A stretch of DNA of 64,000 nt from an uncultured virus (IMG/VR IMGVR_UViG_3300030098_005439) (taxonomy: Duplodnaviria; Heunggongvirae; Uroviricota; Caudoviricetes). Below the pieces are notes generated by a model, which was given only the letters and a program-made list of their open reading frames with translations, was not told where the DNA came from and did no database searches. The stretch is from IMG/VR virus record IMGVR_UViG_3300030098_005439; one strand, given 5' to 3'. Each line of letters starts with the position of its first letter. Within the stretch, counting starts at the first letter, position 1. Both the position numbers and the translations under genes were made by a program. Positions 57,439 through 64,000 of this stretch are shown one piece after another.

Positions 57439-57614
57439 TGCTCGGACCAGATTGGGAACGTGAGGTTGAATACGAACCGGGCAAGGTCCATCGGTTCACA
57501 AGTATGTGGGATCGCTGGTGCTACGAATGTGCAGCAGCGGACTACTGTATGCCCATCGAGGAATACATTCGACGTGAGAAGGACGGTTGGTTTGAAGACG
57601 AGGGAGGTGAGTGA
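57438..57614 (+). CDS. 58-aa hypothetical protein (not in ORF track)
   Basis: MLGPDWERE...EDEGGE*, between two identical junctions. Confidence 0.7.
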   Translation: MLGPDWEREVEYEPGKVHRFTSMWDRWCYECAAADYCMPIEEYIRREKDGWFEDEGGE

Positions 57615-57985
57615 TGCCCTATAGATATGTATGGCCAGAGGAAGCATTCGAGGTACGCATCCAGTGTACTGAAGAACAAATACAACAGCATTGTGACGCG
57701 GCGCCTGAGAACGACCGTCGTGACTTCGATGATCGTGGTGGGCTTCAGATACCGGTGTACCATGTATACAAGAACGATAACATCTATGATCGTTTGACTT
57801 ATTGGTATACGCTCGACAAAACCGAGTGCGATACCTACGAGTTTGATGTTCGCGATATTCCGACATGGTGGAACTGTTCTTCAGAAAGTCCAGAGAATCA
57901 TCAAGACTGCATCCAAGAAGCATTGAACGATGGCGTCATTGAGTTTGAGGGATTGCTACTGAAGATACACAAGATGGCTGAGTGA
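57614..57985 (+). CDS. Early hypothetical protein
   Basis: Junction coupling; FDVRDIP. Confidence 0.7.
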   Translation: MPYRYVWPEEAFEVRIQCTEEQIQQHCDAAPENDRRDFDDRGGLQIPVYHVYKNDNIYDRLTYWYTLDKTECDTYEFDVRDIPTWWNCSSESPENHQDCIQEALNDGVIEFEGLLLKIHKMAE

Positions 57986-58025
57986 TCCCCATGTCGGGCC
58001 TATCCACCTGACTCCGTATTCCTTA

Positions 58026-58556
58026 ATGAAGCACTACCGCTTCACCAACACCGAGATCATCATGACCGATACCAAAAACCAAAACATTCAGCAATACGTC
58101 AACCTACGCACGTGTATCGAACACTGGATAAAGGTAAACCCTAACACCTTTATGGGTCCATACCGCCCACACATGTATACTCTTGAAGGCTGGCTTGGAT
58201 TGTTAGATGTTTGCGGTAACCTCGAATACCCAACCTCCGACCTTGCCTCATCGTGGTGGGACGACGGTGGCGATCCGCTATTAGACATAGAACTACTTGT
58301 AAGTCCCGCACACGCGAATCATGCTCACATACGTTTGTTCGCATCTTACGCAGACCCGTTTCTACGGGCACTGCGGGCACGTAAACTGACCGACAATCAC
58401 GTCGCCCACACCGTATATCTATATCTTCACGACTGTAAGATAGCAGCAGCTAAACACGAATACGAAGCCAACCATCGCATTGAACACGGCAACGATTGGG
58501 CTCGCTTCGATATGAACACTACAACGACTTTGCATAGCCGGAATGACAATGACTAA
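58026..58556 (+). CDS. Early hypothetical protein (start may be 58062)
   Basis: 176-aa ORF in gene order. Confidence 0.6.
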   Translation: MKHYRFTNTEIIMTDTKNQNIQQYVNLRTCIEHWIKVNPNTFMGPYRPHMYTLEGWLGLLDVCGNLEYPTSDLASSWWDDGGDPLLDIELLVSPAHANHAHIRLFASYADPFLRALRARKLTDNHVAHTVYLYLHDCKIAAAKHEYEANHRIEHGNDWARFDMNTTTTLHSRNDND

Positions 58557-58746
58557 TAAAAACCCAAAGTGGGACCGGGAATCCATCGAAGCATTTAACA
58601 GTGCTCATCCCATAACTCCCAAAGATCAAGCCTCTTTTGATCGCGCACGCATTCGACTGGCACAACAGCTTGGAGCCAGTGCAGACGATATTGCAGCGAT
58701 CAAATCAGAGATTGAAGCGAACACTAACCAACAATCAACAGGGTGA
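58543..58746 (+). CDS. Early hypothetical protein
   Basis: Overlapping ORF in gene order. Confidence 0.55.
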   Translation: MTMTNKNPKWDRESIEAFNSAHPITPKDQASFDRARIRLAQQLGASADDIAAIKSEIEANTNQQSTG

Positions 58747-58917
58747 AGTGTGGGACGCCACGCAACATCTATAGGAGGTGCATCATGGTCTAAGTCATAG
58801 TGCCGGTAAGGGTGAGGGGCCTGGATTACTCACCCAAGTAGACCTTTTATTGTGACCCATGTCCAAACGGAACCAAGCGCCGGTTCTATTCAATGAGCCT
58901 ACAACACAGGAGAATGT

Positions 58918-59130
58918 ATGACTCGCTTACCAAACAGAGCAGCCTTTCCAAGTTTCGACTTGGCCCTTGGCCCGCACGACCCTTCCAAACTTCAGCACCG
59001 TCACCCGTTTACAGAGTGGGTGAAGCCGGTGCCAGAGACAATCCCCCCAATGAATGAACCACAACAAAGTGAATGGATTCGCCTGAACGATAGCGTGGTT
59101 CGCAGAGCAAACACAGGAGAGCAAAAATGA
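58918..59130 (+). CDS. Early hypothetical protein
   Basis: ACACAGGAG RBS. Confidence 0.6.
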   Translation: MTRLPNRAAFPSFDLALGPHDPSKLQHRHPFTEWVKPVPETIPPMNEPQQSEWIRLNDSVVRRANTGEQK

Positions 59131-59327
59131 CTGAGCAAGAAATCAAACAACTAAAGAGCATGCGGAGACTATTAGAGCAGTGGTTTAAACCACAGCCCAC
59201 GGTTGCGATCGGCAACGCAGAGAACGTTCAATCGTTACCTGAAGAATCTCGTCTTGCGTTTCAGCAGCAGCTTGAAGCAATCAACAAGGTTCTCGAAAGG
59301 GCAGAGGCAGAGGACAGCAAAGCATGA
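59127..59327 (+). CDS. Early hypothetical protein
   Basis: ACACAGGAG RBS; ATGA coupling. Confidence 0.65.
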   Translation: MTEQEIKQLKSMRRLLEQWFKPQPTVAIGNAENVQSLPEESRLAFQQQLEAINKVLERAEAEDSKA

Positions 59328-59536
59328 CACCAAACAAAGAGACACCCATTGGAACACCACTGAAGTCTACCGTGAAGGGATGGGGTAAAGGCCCATTCGT
59401 TTACATGGGCAACGGCAGAGGCGGACAGACAATCATAGTCGCAACGAAGAAGGATGGATTGCAGCAAGCGCGCGCATCTGACTTCTCCATCGATTCGATT
59501 GCCGCCAAAGCCATTGGTGACTTTATTATCAAGTAG
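59324..59536 (+). CDS. Early hypothetical protein
   Basis: ATGA coupling. Confidence 0.65.
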   Translation: MTPNKETPIGTPLKSTVKGWGKGPFVYMGNGRGGQTIIVATKKDGLQQARASDFSIDSIAAKAIGDFIIK

Positions 59537-59539
59537 CGG

Positions 59540-59568
59540 TTGACTATGGCTTTACTTGCCTGTAAGGT
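59540..59568 (+). promoter_or_regulatory. Promoter
   Basis: TTGACT-N17-TAAGGT. Confidence 0.6.
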
Positions 59569-59603
59569 CATACCTACCCTACCTCAACACACTGGAGCAG
59601 AAG

Positions 59604-59903
59604 ATGAACAAAGCAGAGCAGTTTAGATTACCGGTGAGCCCGCGCAACATTTCAGTTGAGTTGGTTCGAGAGGTTGAAGACGAAGATACAGGCGAGGTTG
59701 TCGCGGAACACATCATCGAGGTATTTGGTCGGTTCCTTCCTGCGGAGCCCAATGTGGGTCTTGGTCCCCACATTGAGGTTCTGTCAGCGCACCGACAAGA
59801 CAGGGACGTTCGCGTTCCTGTGGAGTTAGAAGATTGGGAGGTTGACACGTTGCTCGACCTTTATCAAGAGCAGTTGCGGACAGAACTTGACCGTGACATT
59901 TGA
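59604..59903 (+). CDS. Acidic hypothetical protein
   Basis: CTGGAGCA RBS. Confidence 0.7.
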   Translation: MNKAEQFRLPVSPRNISVELVREVEDEDTGEVVAEHIIEVFGRFLPAEPNVGLGPHIEVLSAHRQDRDVRVPVELEDWEVDTLLDLYQEQLRTELDRDI

Positions 59904-59940
59904 TTTTTTATGGCATACTTGACGAACACAGGAGAACAAA

Positions 59941-60228
59941 ATGAGCATCAACCAATGTAATAAATGCTACAACCCCATCGGAAACAACATCACAGCCCTT
60001 CACAACATTCAAGTAATGAAGGCCGTCATGCAAGATTCGATGGTGCGTGCGGACGAAGCCGATGACAACGCACGTAAAGTGATGATTCTGGAATCAACAA
60101 TGAACCACATTTTAGAAAACATCGAGAGAGATTTTGGTGAAGCGTGGTCGATTCACAAACAACAAATGAAAGAGTTGATGGAGTCCCTGAGAGATCAGGG
60201 AATCATCAGCGATGTAGGAGGTGAGTGA
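59941..60228 (+). CDS. Hypothetical protein
   Basis: ACACAGGAG RBS; ends GGE. Confidence 0.7.
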   Translation: MSINQCNKCYNPIGNNITALHNIQVMKAVMQDSMVRADEADDNARKVMILESTMNHILENIERDFGEAWSIHKQQMKELMESLRDQGIISDVGGE

Positions 60229-60503
60229 TGAGTCAGACAAATGAACTAAGGTTCATACGGGTAGATCGATGCTTCCACGACCAGTATGGATGGGTACGGC
60301 CTGATCGCACAACTGAATGGCTAAATGTTAGTCTCATTCAATCCGTAGGCATCGATCCTGAGGTCAAAAACGATGACGATCCTGACTTGAAATACACAGC
60401 AATCTGTATGCTTGGTGGCTTTAGAAACGACACTATCGAAGTATTCCATACAGACGAAACCCCCGAGTCATTTTTAAAAAGAGTCCACGAACTTTGGAGG
60501 TGA
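60228..60503 (+). CDS. Hypothetical protein
   Basis: Junction coupling. Confidence 0.7.
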   Translation: MSQTNELRFIRVDRCFHDQYGWVRPDRTTEWLNVSLIQSVGIDPEVKNDDDPDLKYTAICMLGGFRNDTIEVFHTDETPESFLKRVHELWR

Positions 60504-60506
60504 GTG

Positions 60507-60863
60507 ATGGGACTAAAAAGTCAGCGACATTTGAGAACCGCCATCAATGCGCGGTTGCGAGAGCATGGGAAGTGGAACCCACGCAAGCACCATGCGGAGT
60601 TTGCTTTCGGAACACTCAGCGGCAAACAGTACACGAGCAACAATCAACCAGGCGACTTGGGTTGGGACGGTCGGAGCGGATTTGGTCGAGACTTTCCGAT
60701 AATGGAAGGTGACGTGCTGCACTTCACGATTAGTTGGAGGGAGGACATGTATGAGACTGCCGAGTTCGACAAACACGGCGGAGACTGTTGGGTAAGTGAA
60801 CCAGCGCTTCATATTGGAAAACGTCCAGACGGATCGTGGATGGTCATCGTGGGAGGTGAGTGA
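60507..60863 (+). CDS. Hypothetical protein
   Basis: Junction motif at both ends. Confidence 0.7.
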   Translation: MGLKSQRHLRTAINARLREHGKWNPRKHHAEFAFGTLSGKQYTSNNQPGDLGWDGRSGFGRDFPIMEGDVLHFTISWREDMYETAEFDKHGGDCWVSEPALHIGKRPDGSWMVIVGGE

Positions 60864-61243
60864 TGATTACCGACACAGAGTTTTTCAGTAAAAATCATTG
60901 GGACTTCGATGATGAAGAACAAATGAAAGAGCGTGACTATTGGCTGTCACTACCTCGATTCAGGAATGGTGACAGACCACATCTTGACTTTCCCAATGTG
61001 GAGATTCAAACCGCAGGGAAAATCAAAGTCGGTGAGGTTCATCACAGGTCTTTTGTTCGTTCCGACTACTTAGAGCGTGAGGTGGGTGGTGGCTACACTC
61101 AAGAGGTTGCAATCTTTGAGATTACCCGCATTGGCGATGGGTTCATATCTCAAGAGTCCCTTGCCACATTATCGAAAGAGGATCTTCAACAAGTCATTAA
61201 GTGGTGCAACGCTGCACTAAGAGTGAACGATGGAGGTGAATGA
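60863..61243 (+). CDS. Hypothetical protein
   Basis: Junction coupling; ends GGE. Confidence 0.7.
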   Translation: MITDTEFFSKNHWDFDDEEQMKERDYWLSLPRFRNGDRPHLDFPNVEIQTAGKIKVGEVHHRSFVRSDYLEREVGGGYTQEVAIFEITRIGDGFISQESLATLSKEDLQQVIKWCNAALRVNDGGE

Positions 61244-61252
61244 AGATCACAC

Positions 61253-61281
61253 TTGACACACTTGGGCCAACCAAGTAATGT
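61253..61281 (+). promoter_or_regulatory. Promoter of the replication/regulation module
   Basis: TTGACA-N17-TAATGT. Confidence 0.65.
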
Positions 61282-61305
61282 ACTCAAACCATACAGGAGA
61301 ATGTA

Positions 61306-61590
61306 ATGAGCAACAACGTTACAAAACTTAGAAAGCGTAAAGCAAACCAGAAAAGAGAATGGTCATGGCCGTCATTCATATCGGCATGGCAAGAGTCAGA
61401 GTCATACGAAGATGTATTAGAGCAGCTTGGCTTTGAAGATACACCACAAGAGCGCAGCTTCATTGGTGGCAAGGCTTCATACGCAAGAAAAAAGGGCGTG
61501 CCCTTGAAAAAGTTCAAGCGTAAGCGCAGAGGATCTAAAATCGATTGGAACGGACTTGCGGACTTAGCAAAGTCAAAGAGTGAATCGTGA
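61306..61590 (+). CDS. Basic, probable DNA-binding protein
   Basis: FISAWQ.S.S.EDV...LG...AS..RKKGVPLK HTH-like pattern. Confidence 0.65.
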   Translation: MSNNVTKLRKRKANQKREWSWPSFISAWQESESYEDVLEQLGFEDTPQERSFIGGKASYARKKGVPLKKFKRKRRGSKIDWNGLADLAKSKSES

Positions 61591-61713
61591 TTGAATATAC
61601 AGAGGTCCTCTCTTTTATAAGAAACGCAAACCACATATTTTGGGCCGTGAGCCTTAATAGAGCGATTGGCAAACTTAACAATCGTTGGTACACAAATCGA
61701 TTGGAGGTAGTAA

Positions 61714-62217
61714 ATGTCAAACATTGAAGACGCAGAGGGGTCATACAAAGTCTTCCTGGCGATCAAAAGTGATTCAGACCTGAATGAAAAGTTTCGCTGC
61801 ACTCGTGACGGAGTCATGTACTACAGCGGCAAAAAGATGACAGAACCTGACTTCTCACAAGTGTCAGTCTACTTGGCACAAAAGTGGAAAGTAGTGTGCT
61901 CGAAGGAAGAGTTGAAGTCCGGTATCATGGCAGCGTCTAAGCGCATCGAGCCTCAACTTATCTACGGAACAAACTTGGCCGAAGACTTCAGACTGAAGGT
62001 CAAAGAGTTCTTAGAGCACAACCCGCCATCGTGCCACAGGTATGACATTACAACTGATGTAGTGGCTGAGTACGTTGATCCTGATGGATGGCAAGAGCAG
62101 AGGCGACTGACAGAAATGAAAGTAGCAAAAGCCCTAAAAGAGCAAGGGCTTCAAAAGGTGCGAGTAACGCACAAGGGAGAAAGAAAAATGCGCTGGTTCC
62201 CGATCACGGGATCGTAA
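61714..62217 (+). CDS. Protein resembling the N- and C-termini of VapE/VirE helicases, with no P-loop
   Basis: C-terminal KVAKALKEQGLQKVR...G.R..RW winged-helix-like; no Walker A. Confidence 0.55.
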   Translation: MSNIEDAEGSYKVFLAIKSDSDLNEKFRCTRDGVMYYSGKKMTEPDFSQVSVYLAQKWKVVCSKEELKSGIMAASKRIEPQLIYGTNLAEDFRLKVKEFLEHNPPSCHRYDITTDVVAEYVDPDGWQEQRRLTEMKVAKALKEQGLQKVRVTHKGERKMRWFPITGS

Positions 62218-62240
62218 TCATAAACAAACAGGAGAGTACT

Positions 62241-62735
62241 GTGGAACTCACATCACAAGAAATCATTGCGCTTACAAAAGCGTTCAACACGAAAGCAGTC
62301 TCGATTGCAAAACGAGACATTGACAATAACTCTGAAATCGACGTGAACCTCGTCGTTAAGCTTGCAGGCAAACTCAAGCGGGGCCAAAAGTCTAAGCCAG
62401 TCAAAGCTACCTCCACAATCCCGTGGAAAGTAGCCCTGGCTCTCTTTGCCAAGCGCTCTGGGTTCACCCGTGAGCAAACTGCAAAGGTGCTGCTTGAGGC
62501 GGTGACCTTTGCACTTGAAACCAACTCCGACAAGAAGACAGAACTTCTTGAAGAAATGGGAGTTGGGGATGCCCTGGCCATGCTGGACCGAGAGGTCTTT
62601 GAGAAGCTACCTAAGAAGACCCGTGATGGAAACATCACCTTCGAGGTGGCAATGGTCGAGGCTGTTCGAGAGCCAATGTTGGTGGCTGACCAAGACACTT
62701 TGACCCTTGGGGAAGGGGAAGAAGTGGCGAAGTAA
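62241..62735 (+). CDS. Hypothetical protein
   Basis: ACAAACAGGAG RBS with GTG start. Confidence 0.7.
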   Translation: MELTSQEIIALTKAFNTKAVSIAKRDIDNNSEIDVNLVVKLAGKLKRGQKSKPVKATSTIPWKVALALFAKRSGFTREQTAKVLLEAVTFALETNSDKKTELLEEMGVGDALAMLDREVFEKLPKKTRDGNITFEVAMVEAVREPMLVADQDTLTLGEGEEVAK

Positions 62736-62741
62736 GTCGCC

Positions 62742-62778
62742 GGGGTCACCGTTTCAGCGGGGCGGTGACCCCACTTTT
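62742..62778 (+). terminator. Probable terminator
   Basis: GGGGTCACCG/CGGTGACCCC stem then ACTTTT. Confidence 0.6.
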
Positions 62779-62782
62779 CATT

Positions 62783-63121
62783 ATGGAAAAATCAGATCAA
62801 ATCGAAGATTACGAACGTATCGACACATTTCAACTTGTATTCCAGATGACTCAATCAATGGGTGGACTACAGAAAGGTAAGCACTCAAAGATGGCCTACA
62901 TCTACGGTACAAGCCGTTCCCGGCTACGCAGCATCCTGAACCGTGAGGCAAAGGCACCAACACTGGATACCGTTGTTTCATGGATGCACAGAGTGTACCG
63001 GCTGACCGGAATGAAGGTCGTGCTGACCATCACACCTGATCTTAAAATGCACTACAGCATCTTGAGTCAGAACCAAGAACGTATCGACGGAATGATCGTT
63101 CCCCCGAAAAACAGTTTGTAG
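62783..63121 (+). CDS. XRE-like HTH protein
   Basis: SKMAYIYGTSRSRLRSILN.E.KAPTLDTV. Confidence 0.6.
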   Translation: MEKSDQIEDYERIDTFQLVFQMTQSMGGLQKGKHSKMAYIYGTSRSRLRSILNREAKAPTLDTVVSWMHRVYRLTGMKVVLTITPDLKMHYSILSQNQERIDGMIVPPKNSL

Positions 63122-63244
63122 AAAGTCATACGACCGACTACAGCACAATGCCCTTTGGGGATTGATCCCCCCAAAAGTGGGGCTCCTGACTGAGCCCACC
63201 GGGTATCCGGTGGCGCTCTTTCGGGCTCCCCGTCAGGAGTTACC

Positions 63245-64000
63245 ATGTGGATACAAAGCGCTAAAAACGCACGCATTACTACCGTCGCGTCCGACCTTGA
63301 ATACAGTCGAGGCAACGGTCAATCCATCTTTCCATGCCCATCGTGCGGCATGCTTGAAAGGGGATCAAACGATAAAAAGCGTGGCCCTATCGGATTTGGT
63401 CGAAGTGAAATGGCCTGGACTTGCTACAAATGTGGAGCAAAGGGCGACGTAGTAGACTTTGTATCCCAACACTTTTTTCAACAACCGTTGAGAAATCTGG
63501 ACAAAAATCAACGCTCTGTGGTTCGCGATTGGTTTGCCGAGCAAGGCTACTGCACACCATCGGGAGTTCCAGCACACGTGCAACCAGACCCAAGCAAAAG
63601 GCCGGTTGTTACGCCAGCACCGACTCAAGGGTACGTAAGACCCCCTCAACAAGAATTGAACGATCTCTGGCAAAAGACGACGACCATAGAATCTGCACTC
63701 GAACAGCCAGCAAGCTTTGCGGAGCAACTGAGCAAGTGGATGATCAATAGAAGATTTTCACCAAAGGTTTTGGACAGCACATCATGTGTTCGCGTTCTAC
63801 CTCTACCCAATGAATACAAATATCCTGAATGGTTTCCGCATCAGTGGGGCGGCATCTATCGAGTAGCAGCACCGTGCTTTGAGCCTGATGGTACATTCGC
63901 CAGCATTCATTGCCGAAGCGTATCGTATGCAAAGGGTCGTCAGCCTGCTGGATCAAAGACAAGATGGCCAACCGGGTACGAAGCCGGTGGATTGTTGATG
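63245..64000 (+). CDS. DNA primase, N-terminal Zn-binding domain (runs off window end; not in ORF track)
   Basis: MWIQSAK...PCPSCG...WTCYKCGAKGDVVDFV; open to the window end; CAGGAG RBS. Confidence 0.75.
   Translation, partial: MWIQSAKNARITTVASDLEYSRGNGQSIFPCPSCGMLERGSNDKKRGPIGFGRSEMAWTCYKCGAKGDVVDFVSQHFFQQPLRNLDKNQRSVVRDWFAEQGYCTPSGVPAHVQPDPSKRPVVTPAPTQGYVRPPQQELNDLWQKTTTIESALEQPASFAEQLSKWMINRRFSPKVLDSTSCVRVLPLPNEYKYPEWFPHQWGGIYRVAAPCFEPDGTFASIHCRSVSYAKGRQPAGSKTRWPTGYEAGGLLM

Noticed and set aside
1..64000. tRNA genes, integrase, reverse transcriptase/DGR, recoded stop codons
   Set aside because: No cloverleaf, recombinase or RT motifs were noticed; genes are intact under the standard code, with all three stop codons used.

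Overview
This is a 64 kb slice of a tailed dsDNA phage genome with podovirus-like virion genes; the host cannot be determined from the sequence. It has two divergent arms. The minus strand (1-47.7 kb) carries, in transcription order: RusA, a 2023-aa polyvalent protein, a cluster of small basic proteins, SSB, terminase, portal, scaffold, major capsid, tail tube/adaptor proteins, ejection proteins (one with an M23 peptidase), fibres and lysis genes. The plus strand (50.1-64 kb) carries about 40 small early genes joined by stereotyped junction motifs, plus ArdC, an HTH protein and a truncated primase. The 2.4 kb switch region between them holds a symmetric divergent promoter pair, a ~930-nt ORF-free and heavily base-paired (pseudoknotted) candidate ncRNA, and an iteron/AT-rich origin-like element. 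The strongest novelty candidates are (1) the large ncRNA; (2) a ~75-nt sRNA with its own promoter and terminator, complementary to the RBS shared by about nine early genes; (3) two short peptide motifs, ExG[NQ]P and Dx[hydrophobic]LxxxM, shared by unrelated late proteins. All calls are by eye, with no database searches.
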